Under the pieces are notes generated by a model that was not told the DNA's origin, did not search any database, and worked only from the letters and a program-made list of their open reading frames with translations. A stretch of 64,000 nt of DNA from a virus. Shown in pieces: positions 29,513 to 38,689 of this stretch (positions are counted from its first letter, which is position 1; the number at the start of each line of letters is the position of its first letter). The stretch covers positions 9,744 to 73,743 of the IMG/VR virus record IMGVR_UViG_3300029827_000121; one strand, 5' to 3'. The translations under genes and the position numbers were made by a program.

Positions 29513-30145
29513 ATGAAGACGCTCAAAGTAAAAATCACTTTCCAAGAAGAAGTGTTGGGAACAGCAAGTCCGTCAAAAGAAATCCACGCGGAATATATAG
29601 CCAGCAAAGCTCCCGACAAACTAACGCGGGAAGAAGAAGTGGAAGCTATCGGGATAGAAGAAGTCGTTGAAAAAGCAATGACTATCTTCCCACGCGATAA
29701 GGATAGTAATCCCATCTTTTGGGATTACCAGTGGAAGGGATTTTTCAAAGATACCTGCGCCGCTCTCATGCGCTGTGAAGGATTCGAAACGTATAAGGCA
29801 TCAAAATCCGAATCGGGTAAAGGAAAGAAAGGAGAATTAAGAGCATATAAAAAGGTGATCGATGGATGTATTTTCGTTCACCCGAGAATGATTGCCATCA
29901 AAGTAAAAGGCAAAATGGGAAACTGTCAACGTCCTCTTCGCGGAAATACCGCGCAGGGAGAGAGGATTGCTTTGGCGAACAGTGAAACCGTCCCCGCAGG
30001 AAGCACCTGCGAATTGGAGATTCAATGTTTGAGTGATTCCCATGAAAAGTTTGTGCGTGAATGGCTTGATTACGGCCAATTGCGCGGCATCGGACAATGG
30101 CGTAACTCCGGCAAAGGCCGCTTTACCGTCAATTACTTGAAATAA
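29513..30145 (+). CDS. Stand-alone Cas7/Csm3-like RAMP-fold protein (210 aa)
   Basis: beta1 LKVKITFQEEVLG; PIFWDYQWKGFFKD (equivalent to IPGSSxKGxxR); ETVPAGSTCELEI; C-terminal Gly-rich loop GIGQWRNSGKGRF; GAAAGG SD. Confidence 0.85.
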   Translation: MKTLKVKITFQEEVLGTASPSKEIHAEYIASKAPDKLTREEEVEAIGIEEVVEKAMTIFPRDKDSNPIFWDYQWKGFFKDTCAALMRCEGFETYKASKSESGKGKKGELRAYKKVIDGCIFVHPRMIAIKVKGKMGNCQRPLRGNTAQGERIALANSETVPAGSTCELEIQCLSDSHEKFVREWLDYGQLRGIGQWRNSGKGRFTVNYLK

Positions 30146-31218
30146 GCCATGCTTTGGCAATCCAAAGTATAGGAATGCCCGGTGCGGTCAAGCATCGTTA
30201 ATGCTATGTATTGCAGGGTGGTGTATGGCACAGGCATGGTATCGTTAGGCATAGTAAAGTTAAGCATAGGCAAGGTAAAGCTATGCATTGCCTAGTAATG
30301 GTTTGGTAAAGCAGGGCCGGATACGGTGGAGCAAAGCACAGGCTTGGCGAGGCGTTGTATCGTGTGGCACAGGCATAGAATAGTTAGGAGTGGCCGAGCA
30401 AAAGCCAAGTGATGTATTGTCCGGCAAAGGTAAAGCATAGTGCTATTTCGTTGCGTAGAGCAGAAGCGAGGCGAAGTATAGTAATTCGTAGTATAGCAAA
30501 GGAAGTGTACCGTTAAGTTGCGCGAAGCAAAGGCTGAGTGAAGCGTAGTTTTGCGCCGCAAAGGCAAAGCGAAGTTCCGTTCAGTACGGCAAAGGCATGG
30601 TTATGTTACATACTGTGAAGCCCTGCAAAGGCATAGTTTTGCGTGGTTTAGCGACGCAAAAGAAGTGTGAAGCCTTGTTTCGTATCGCCATGCGAAGGTA
30701 TTGTACTGCGCAGTGCAGTCATGTATTGCAATGGTTGGGCGAAGCCCTGTCCAGTATGGCAAAGCAAAAGCAGTGTATGGTGAAGCTGAGCTAGCAAAGG
30801 ATCAGCATAGTTAAGTATCGCGATGCATTGAAAAGGCTATTCAATGTATAGTGTTGCAAAGGTAACGTGGAGTCAGGTGTTGTTTCGCGATGCAAAGGAA
30901 GAGCATAGTTGTGTTCCGTTCTGCAAAGGCAAAGCGAAGCGAAGTAGCGGCGTGTGAAGCATAGGCGAAACATGGTGGTGTTGAGTATAGTAATGCAAAG
31001 GCAAAGCGAAGCAAAGTAAGGTGTTGTGAAGCATAGGCAGGACATAGTGTGGTGCAGCATGGTAATGCAAAGGCGGAGTGAAGTAATGTAACGTACAGTT
31101 TCGCAGAGGCGTAGTAAAGTACCGTTGTGTTTGACAAAGCAAAGGTTCAGCAAAGCGTAGTATTTTATTGTTCAGCAAAAGCAAAGCTAAGTATCGTTCG
31201 GTCGTGCGAAGCAAAGGC
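30146..31218 (+). repeat. Array D: about 31 (NNNGY)n + AHAGGY units; putative guide ncRNA
   Basis: Starts at the RAMP stop codon and ends 3 bp from the convergent RusA-like stop; AAAGGY dominant. Confidence 0.95.
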
Positions 31219-31221
31219 GCA

Positions 31222-31602
31222 TTATACCTCTTCAATCACTATCACCGTCTGTTCTACCGGCGATATTTCCGGTTTGTGGACCTGATAGCTTTCGATCTGG
31301 TCGGGCGAATCAGTTTCAAGTATTCCGCAATTAACGATTCCGTCGAGTGCAGCTTTTCCCGATATGTTATCAATGTCGGTCTTTTGCTTTCGGGTAGAAT
31401 AAATATCGATATGAACAGGTGAATCAAATGTCTCACCCGAATACGCTGAAACGGGTTCATTTCGAGAAGCCGGTTCCATGTTGGTAACGGAATGGGGAGT
31501 ATTATCTCCATTCTTTTTTTTTCGGTATGCATCAACGATCTGTTGCTTTATATGTTCCGGAATAGGATATTTATTCAATTCCGAGAGATTTCGAATTTTC
31601 AT
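31222..31602 (-). CDS. rusA: RusA-like Holliday junction resolvase
   Basis: TDIDN..GKAALDG...GILETDS catalytic motif. Confidence 0.75.
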   Translation of the reverse strand: MKIRNLSELNKYPIPEHIKQQIVDAYRKKKNGDNTPHSVTNMEPASRNEPVSAYSGETFDSPVHIDIYSTRKQKTDIDNISGKAALDGIVNCGILETDSPDQIESYQVHKPEISPVEQTVIVIEEV

Positions 31603-31708
31603 GCTATCACTTGCAATAGTAAATCAGATACAGTAACATCCACATTACGAAAACCGTTCCTATCGCCGCGAGTATCCAACCGGGTTTATCCATCATCCCC
31701 CCAATATT

Positions 31709-31996
31709 TCATTTCAAAACACCATTTAATAATTCTTTATTAACCTGTTTTATGGCTTCTTTATATAAAGAAATCTGTCTTTCTTCCTTATAATGCTCTA
31801 CCAATCTGTTGAGAATTTCGACAAGCTTATAATGTTCTTTGCAAAATCCATTTTTATTTTTTCCATTTTTATTTAATTTCAACATTAAATAATCAAATCC
31901 CATTTTACCTATATGGGCAATAGACATCGCTCCCACGCCTATTAATGCACCTTGAACTTCTGGATGTATCATGTTATTCATTCCCCGGCATGGCAC
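31709..31996 (-). CDS. Small single-TM membrane protein (possible holin)
   Basis: GALIGVGAMSIAHIG hydrophobic segment; end of late operon. Confidence 0.45.
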   Translation of the reverse strand: MPCRGMNNMIHPEVQGALIGVGAMSIAHIGKMGFDYLMLKLNKNGKNKNGFCKEHYKLVEILNRLVEHYKEERQISLYKEAIKQVNKELLNGVLK

Positions 31997-34900
31997 TACG
32001 CCGCTGCATTTCAGTTACGTATTTCCTCTGTCCCGTTTTAGGCACCTTTTTCATATACTCAACCTGACTACCAGTTAATAATTCCTTTTTTCTGTCGATC
32101 AACTCTTTTCTTTTGTTTTCATCGGTCGTATTCCGCAATTCGGAATCAATTATTTTTCTCTGCGCGGTATTGTTTTTGAACCATGTATTCAATTGCAACC
32201 CTTCGAAACCGTTTTCTTTGGCGGTCTTCACCAACGCTTCAACATCATTAATCGCCCTTTGTTGTTTATCGGTTAATGCCATATTATCTTTTCGTGCTTT
32301 CAAACCCTCACTTACATTATCTCCATACTCATCCAGAATATCATAAAACTTCGTTCGATAATATTCATTCGCCGCCTCTATCGGTCCCGCGACTTCGAAA
32401 TGTTCCGATAATTTTTGAGTCAATGGATTTACTTCATAAATACCGAAAGCTCTTTTTATATTAAACGGTCCTTCCGTTAACCAATCCAATAACGGATTTT
32501 TCGTCGGATCGCCACCTTTTTTGGTACGGGTATATTGAGCGATCGGCGTAATGAGTTTTTCCCCTAAATAACCAATAGTATATCGTTTTCCATATTTGCT
32601 GAATATCCCTTCCCTATGTACCGCATCCGGCATTATTTTTCGATGAGTAAATGGATCTTCGTTTGATTGCAACCCTTGCCACGCTTGAATCAGCGGATTC
32701 ATTAAAGAACCGATATTTTCGGGTGCCCCGCCGCGTATGGCATCCCAAAATTCTCCGGCAGCCTGTTTCGACGTAATTCTTTCGGCTTTCATATCGGAAG
32801 CGATTTTATTCATTTTATCCAAACCAAGCCAACTCATCGCCATGTCAACCGGTTGTTGCGGTGCCCAAACGACTACATTGCCATCCTTGTTTTTAAATAA
32901 ATTCAGATGCCACCGTTCACGAAGATAATCGGGCAATTGCATTTCCATGTCTTTTTTATTTTCAGACAAATTATTATACGCCCATTGCGCCGCATAAGCG
33001 GCAAGGATCGGCGTTGCGGTTTTTAATGCTTTATGCGTTCCTTCATTTCTCGTGATCGCCCGTGCATAATTGCGAAAATTCCCTTCATGAAAACGTACAA
33101 ACGGCATCAATCCCCGGCTAAGAAACAATTGATACGATCTTGGTACAGCCAAATAATCAACCAATACTTCTCTCGCGACTTTCCCAGCCGCCGATTCATT
33201 ATCCAACCCTTTCAAATTTAATCCGGCCAAATTTTGTACCGCTTCGCCTTTATCTACCCTGTCCAACTGATGCGCCAATATGGAAAGCCGCATCAAGGAT
33301 TCCCGATATTCCGATGCCGTTTTATATTTTTCGGACAAACTTTTTAAAATCCCATATCTGAGTTCGGATGTCATCCCACTTCGAGCAACATCTTTTTGCA
33401 AAGCAACATCGTATAATTTCTGTTCAAAACTATTCAGAGTAATATTTTTACCGATGCCTTGAGGATAAAATATTTTCATCGCCACACGGCTGGATTGCGG
33501 CAAATAAGTATATGCATGAGGATCAAAAACCAGAGTGGATATTCCATCACCCATTATATTACCCATCTGATACGGTAATGCAGCCGTCGCTAATGTAAAA
33601 CCTTTCCATTTCTGAGTTAAATGTCCGATATTATAAATCGCATCCATAAAAGGCGGACTTTTTTCAATGAGATTATCAAGATCAACGGCTATTTCCTTCG
33701 GTAATAAATACAATTGAGGTTTGCCCATCGCCGTAATTTCTCTTACCGATTTTCCTCCAAACGGCCCTTTCGTTTCCAGCCAATCCTTAACAAGCATATC
33801 TTCCTGTTGCGCTTTTTCCAGCAAACCTTCACTGATTGCACGCGCCCGGTATCTCGTTTTCTTCCATTCCATCACCTTGTATCGTTTACCATCTATTACC
33901 GTTTCGTATCCTTTATAAAATTTTTGACGTTCTTCCGGCGTAACACGACTTGTTGCATCATATTTCAATGCCTGCTTTGTAAACCAATCCTCTTGTGCGT
34001 TATCAGCTAAAACCTTTGCGATATGGGTCCATACAACGCTGTCGTCAGATGATATCAATCGTTTCGATCCGACCGCTTTTTTCGTATACGGTCGATACGG
34101 TTCGCCGAATTTTCTATTCATCGGCGTTTTCAAACCAAGCATGAATTCAGGAGTATAATCAAGAACTTTATGAGGAAAATAATCTACTTCAAGAGCTGCT
34201 TCCGGCAATTTACCACGCGCTACAAGTTCTTTACCAATACCCTGTAAAACCGTTCTCATATCTTCCACGGCATCGAGAACTTCTTTGCTTGAATTTTTTT
34301 CAACCCAATCCAGATGCTTTTGCACCTGTTCAACATTTAAATCATTCTCAAGCGTCTGACCTTTTAGTCCCCGCAATTTCAAATTTCTCAATAAAAGAAT
34401 ATCAGTTGCTTTTCTGACTCCCCGCTTTCCTTCACTTTTAAACAATTTTGACAGAGATGCATAGCGATATTTAGCAACCGTTTCAAACAATCCTCTTCTC
34501 ATCGTATCGAATTCGGTACGCCGATCATCCCTGTATTGAGGATAGCTTTCAACATCGCTTTCATATTTGGTAAAGCTTTTTTTAATCGATCCGATCGTGG
34601 CATTAATTGATTTTTTTATTTTTTCAATGGGATTTAACGATTCATATCTTCCCGCTTCCAATGTTTCCGCAACCTTTTTTTCTCCACCTTCAACAACTTT
34701 TTTTTCTCCGGGAAGCTGTAAAAAACCTCTCTGTGCCTCCGCTCGTTCAAATTCAGATACATCCTGTGATTTTTTATTCATTTCATTATCGGCATTTTTC
34801 ATTTCATCCGATCTGAATCGAATCGTCTTTTCAACAGTTTCTTCCGGTGAAACCGGTTTCGACTCTATCTCTTTTGTCAACCTTTCTACTTCTGCTGTAA

Positions 34901-36881
34901 CCTTTTCCGATTCAACATCTATAGTGGATTTTTTGTAATTTTCCATCTTACGAGCAATATCAATAGCTTTTTCAATTTGTGATCTTGGTCCCTTTATTCC
35001 CTCCGCTCCTAACGAAAATGGAACATTAAGGCGTCTTGCTTCTTTAATAAGTTCATCCCCTGTCATTTTAGAGGTATTTTTCAATTCGGTTTCCGTCGGC
35101 GGTTTTCTGATTTTTTCAATATTTTCTATTTTAGGCTTTATTTTTGATAAATCATATATTTGTAAAGAAGGCTGAGACGCATCATTACCTTCCGGTCCTA
35201 CTGCATTAGGATAAACAATATTATCTTTTTCATTTTTATAATCAATTTCCAAAGAATTTTTTAAATCACCAGTAACTTCCCATGTTGTAATATTTTTTCC
35301 TCCAAAATATTCTGCCGCACTTTTAGTAGGAGCAAGCCACATTCCTCTATGTGGTTTAAAACCAGGATTTTGATCTCCATGATACCAAATTCTTTTTTTC
35401 TGTGCTTCTTTAAATTGTTCATTAGGATTTTTACTCCATATTATATTTCTTGTAATTTCAATACCACTTTTAGTTGTTGTTTCGAATTCAGCTTGTTCGG
35501 CTTCAATCACCTTTGATATTGACGGCGTTTGCGTCGCTTCAAGGGATTTCCTGATGTTTTCATCGATGCGTTGGCTTGCCTGCGGGGTAAGTTCCCATTC
35601 TTTCGTTTTTCCGGAATTGAGAAGCTTTTTTAATTCATTTCGTTGTGCTTGTTGCTGTACTTCAAATGTCTTCCCTGAAGCAACATCCCTTATGGCGAAT
35701 CCGGCGGATGAAGCAAGAGTAATTATTTCATTTTTCCACCATCTTTTTGAACCGACATCCTGTCCCCTTATTTTTCCAGAAACGATATCATATACCAAAT
35801 CACCAAGAGGTTGTGCTATTAATTGTAAAGGTCCGGCAGGAACGACAATTTCGGGAATTATCGATACCAATCCTCCCCCGCTCTGTTGCGCGACATCTCC
35901 TATAGCCTCGCCGATTTCTTTTCTTCCTATATTTTGTTCAGCGGCGATCGCACCGGCGGTAGTTAATCTCGTAATGGCATTAGTCAATAAAGGAGATTTT
36001 GAAATGATTGTTTTTCCAAGAAGCTTATTCAATGCTCCCGCGCCAATCAAAGCCTGACTTGCCGTTCCAGCGAATTGCCCCGCACCGAATCGTATCGGAG
36101 CGGCCTGTTGCGTTTTTTCTATTTCTCTTTTGGTTTCTTTCGGAAAAAAAGTCGGTGCCAAAGTTGATTGCAATATCCCCATAGCGAAAGCATTCGCTTC
36201 TTTATCTTCTTTTAATAATTTTTCAAGCTCTCCATTCACCGCAATTTTTTGATCATCAGGCAATTTGTTAATTAAATTAATACCTATATCCAACGGCAAG
36301 GATTTCAATTCAAGCGCTTTTGCACGGGGATCTTGAATACTGTAAAATCTTGATTCGATAGCCTTTATTTGCGGTTCAGCGCTTAATTGAGGAATGGGAA
36401 TTTGTCCCGGTTCCGGCTTTTGTTCCGGTTTTTCAATTGTTTCAGAAGGTTCAAAAGATCGCGTTGCGCCAATTGGTTTTTTCGATTCATCCATCGGCTC
36501 TTCCTGCGGAATAATTTTTTCCGCAAAACCTTTAATCGCTTCCACGCCTTTCCCAACGAATTCTTTCCCCCGTTCAAGAAGCGAAGGCGTCTCTATATAA
36601 TTTTTAATATCGGGTTTTTTTTCTATGGCTTTATCAACCAATTCCTTATCATCAATTGAAGCGTATTCCGGATGAAGTTCCTTTAATTTGGCGGCGAATT
36701 CTTTGACGGTATATTTGGTTGGAGAAGAAACAGGAGTGATTTCTTCCTTTATAATATATTGCTCAAGTTCAGGTTTTTTTGATAATGCCTTTTCCACCAA
36801 TATATTATTATCAAGATTTTTGTATTGCGGATATTTATTTTTAAGCTCTTCCGCGAATTCATCAACCGTATATTGCTTCAC
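31974..36881 (-). CDS. Large internal virion / DNA-ejection polyvalent protein (1635 aa)
   Basis: Size, position after tail genes, helical LPD-like C-terminus (PFVRF..., NPLIQ...DPFT), internal ART-like motif. Confidence 0.75.
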   Translation of the reverse strand: MKQYTVDEFAEELKNKYPQYKNLDNNILVEKALSKKPELEQYIIKEEITPVSSPTKYTVKEFAAKLKELHPEYASIDDKELVDKAIEKKPDIKNYIETPSLLERGKEFVGKGVEAIKGFAEKIIPQEEPMDESKKPIGATRSFEPSETIEKPEQKPEPGQIPIPQLSAEPQIKAIESRFYSIQDPRAKALELKSLPLDIGINLINKLPDDQKIAVNGELEKLLKEDKEANAFAMGILQSTLAPTFFPKETKREIEKTQQAAPIRFGAGQFAGTASQALIGAGALNKLLGKTIISKSPLLTNAITRLTTAGAIAAEQNIGRKEIGEAIGDVAQQSGGGLVSIIPEIVVPAGPLQLIAQPLGDLVYDIVSGKIRGQDVGSKRWWKNEIITLASSAGFAIRDVASGKTFEVQQQAQRNELKKLLNSGKTKEWELTPQASQRIDENIRKSLEATQTPSISKVIEAEQAEFETTTKSGIEITRNIIWSKNPNEQFKEAQKKRIWYHGDQNPGFKPHRGMWLAPTKSAAEYFGGKNITTWEVTGDLKNSLEIDYKNEKDNIVYPNAVGPEGNDASQPSLQIYDLSKIKPKIENIEKIRKPPTETELKNTSKMTGDELIKEARRLNVPFSLGAEGIKGPRSQIEKAIDIARKMENYKKSTIDVESEKVTAEVERLTKEIESKPVSPEETVEKTIRFRSDEMKNADNEMNKKSQDVSEFERAEAQRGFLQLPGEKKVVEGGEKKVAETLEAGRYESLNPIEKIKKSINATIGSIKKSFTKYESDVESYPQYRDDRRTEFDTMRRGLFETVAKYRYASLSKLFKSEGKRGVRKATDILLLRNLKLRGLKGQTLENDLNVEQVQKHLDWVEKNSSKEVLDAVEDMRTVLQGIGKELVARGKLPEAALEVDYFPHKVLDYTPEFMLGLKTPMNRKFGEPYRPYTKKAVGSKRLISSDDSVVWTHIAKVLADNAQEDWFTKQALKYDATSRVTPEERQKFYKGYETVIDGKRYKVMEWKKTRYRARAISEGLLEKAQQEDMLVKDWLETKGPFGGKSVREITAMGKPQLYLLPKEIAVDLDNLIEKSPPFMDAIYNIGHLTQKWKGFTLATAALPYQMGNIMGDGISTLVFDPHAYTYLPQSSRVAMKIFYPQGIGKNITLNSFEQKLYDVALQKDVARSGMTSELRYGILKSLSEKYKTASEYRESLMRLSILAHQLDRVDKGEAVQNLAGLNLKGLDNESAAGKVAREVLVDYLAVPRSYQLFLSRGLMPFVRFHEGNFRNYARAITRNEGTHKALKTATPILAAYAAQWAYNNLSENKKDMEMQLPDYLRERWHLNLFKNKDGNVVVWAPQQPVDMAMSWLGLDKMNKIASDMKAERITSKQAAGEFWDAIRGGAPENIGSLMNPLIQAWQGLQSNEDPFTHRKIMPDAVHREGIFSKYGKRYTIGYLGEKLITPIAQYTRTKKGGDPTKNPLLDWLTEGPFNIKRAFGIYEVNPLTQKLSEHFEVAGPIEAANEYYRTKFYDILDEYGDNVSEGLKARKDNMALTDKQQRAINDVEALVKTAKENGFEGLQLNTWFKNNTAQRKIIDSELRNTTDENKRKELIDRKKELLTGSQVEYMKKVPKTGQRKYVTEMQRRSAMPGNE

Positions 36882-38287
36882 TGCAATCCGCCCAATCCGC
36901 TGAAAATATCCTCACTTTGCGATGAAGGCGTTTTCTCGATAACTCCATATACCTGATTTTGTAATTGCTGCATCTCATTTAATACCGATTGAATTTCAGC
37001 ATCAGATGGACGCGGCGCACCTTTCGCCCGCGCTATCGCTCCCACTTCTTCCGGAAAAGCATAAGCAAGAGCTATTCTTTTTTGCGGATCTCTTAAAATA
37101 GCCCTCGCCGCTTCAGCAATGCCGCTTGTCTGCTTAAGAACATCAATACCATATTCGCCTTCGATAACTTTAAAGAGATTAGGAAATTGCTGTTTCGCCA
37201 TTTTTTCTAAAGCATTCTGCAACTCTTTACCTAATTTCCAATCGGGAGTCGGTGTCGGAGCTCCTTTTCTCCGTGCATTCATTTCTTCCCGCTTTTTCAT
37301 TTCATCATAAGCGGTTTCCCAACCTTTCTGCCAATCCTCTTCTTTCGCAACGAGACGATCGATATCCTCTTTCATACGCCCTAAAAATTCATCGTTATGC
37401 GCGAGCTGTTGCGGAATGTTAAGTTCTTGTGAAATCTGATCGATTTCCATCTCCAGATCTTTTTGTTTTCCCTGTTCGATCTGTTTCATGGATAAACCTT
37501 CGGATTTGCTGACGGTTTTTATCAAATCTTCAAGCGTCGATTTTTTGGATTTTAATTTATCCACCGCTTTCTGACTTTCAATTATCGCCGTATGAAATCC
37601 GGCACCCTTATCGATTCCCGACATCGTTTTTATATTATTTTCCCGTTCTTTTACCGATGCTTCTCTTTCAGTTTCGAATGTTTTTAACGGTTGTTGATAA
37701 ACGGATTCAGTGGTTTTTACCCGCGCTCCGACCGATTCGGGAATCATTTTTCGCGTTTCCGGTTCCAATGCTTCATATCCCTTTTCATACTCTTCATATC
37801 TCATCGGACGCTGAATTGTTTGCTGTTCCATGGGAACTTCACCGACACGTTCGCCTTGTTGTATAGGCGGTCCTTCAGCTTGTATCTGTCTTGTTTCGGA
37901 AACAGGCTGTTCAGCAGCTTTCGTGAATTGCGTGGCTTTTGTTTTTTTCTGCAATTCTTCAATATATTTATCCGCCGATAAAGAAGCAGCCAACAGATTT
38001 TTTAAATTATCCTCGCTCGACATACCCTCCATGGGAGAAGGTAATTTCTTCATGGCGGTAATTCTGGCTTTCTCATCCGATATGGAAGGATCGGCTTCCT
38101 TCATTTCCGTTACAAATCTGTTTACCGTCTCTTTATAAAGACCGTTGATTTTTTCATTGATACCTTTTTGTTTCGATATCTCGGCTATTTTCGAAGCGGT
38201 ATCCACTACGGCTTTTTCAATACCGGAAGTCATACCGCCAATAACATTCGCTCTTGCTACTGAAAATTGATATGGATCGTAAGGCAT
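36878..38287 (-). CDS. Internal virion (ejection) protein
   Basis: Coiled-coil, Glu/Lys/Gln-rich; podovirus gene order. Confidence 0.6.
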   Translation of the reverse strand: MPYDPYQFSVARANVIGGMTSGIEKAVVDTASKIAEISKQKGINEKINGLYKETVNRFVTEMKEADPSISDEKARITAMKKLPSPMEGMSSEDNLKNLLAASLSADKYIEELQKKTKATQFTKAAEQPVSETRQIQAEGPPIQQGERVGEVPMEQQTIQRPMRYEEYEKGYEALEPETRKMIPESVGARVKTTESVYQQPLKTFETEREASVKERENNIKTMSGIDKGAGFHTAIIESQKAVDKLKSKKSTLEDLIKTVSKSEGLSMKQIEQGKQKDLEMEIDQISQELNIPQQLAHNDEFLGRMKEDIDRLVAKEEDWQKGWETAYDEMKKREEMNARRKGAPTPTPDWKLGKELQNALEKMAKQQFPNLFKVIEGEYGIDVLKQTSGIAEAARAILRDPQKRIALAYAFPEEVGAIARAKGAPRPSDAEIQSVLNEMQQLQNQVYGVIEKTPSSQSEDIFSGLGGLQ

Positions 38288-38288
38288 A

Positions 38289-38675
38289 TTAATTCCTCAA
38301 TCCTTTAAGACGGTTTATATATAAATCTTTTAATTGCTCGTTTTTATCAAGGATGCCGGTAAGATTTTTCACCTGTTCCCGAAAAGCAGCTCTCGCGTAT
38401 TCATTTTTCGTCATGGCAAGTTCCGTCTGTTTCAAACCCAATGATTCATTGAACTGCCGTTTCTCTTCCGCGAGATTTTGCCGTTGCAAAGAAAGCGATT
38501 GCCGTGAAAGTCCCGCTTCAAGATTAAAACGCCGTGCGCTTTCGGCAAGTTCTCCCTGATACTGTTCCTTAGCCGCCGCTTCTCCCCGTTTAAGAGTCTT
38601 CATCTGAAGACCGCCGCCTATCAGAGTCGAAGCGATTCCCGCTATTCCCGTTATTACCGCCGCCGCTATTGACAT
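38289..38675 (-). CDS. Small internal virion / pilot protein
   Basis: Gly/Ala-rich hydrophobic N-terminus followed by coiled coil. Confidence 0.65.
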   Translation of the reverse strand: MSIAAAVITGIAGIASTLIGGGLQMKTLKRGEAAAKEQYQGELAESARRFNLEAGLSRQSLSLQRQNLAEEKRQFNESLGLKQTELAMTKNEYARAAFREQVKNLTGILDKNEQLKDLYINRLKGLRN

Positions 38676-38689
38676 AATCTCTCCCTATA

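Noticed and set aside
25601-31218. Calling the arrays CRISPR arrays or simple satellites
   Set aside because: There is no 23-50 bp direct repeat with unique spacers, the conserved core is only about 8 nt, and 3 of every 5 positions vary freely, unlike a microsatellite
27778-31235. Many Cys/Leu/His/Tyr-rich ORFs on the minus strand over the arrays (also at 15416-16748 and 25865-26047)
   Set aside because: They are by-products of the 5-nt periodicity: several frames are open at once, there are no SDs, and the period is not a multiple of 3
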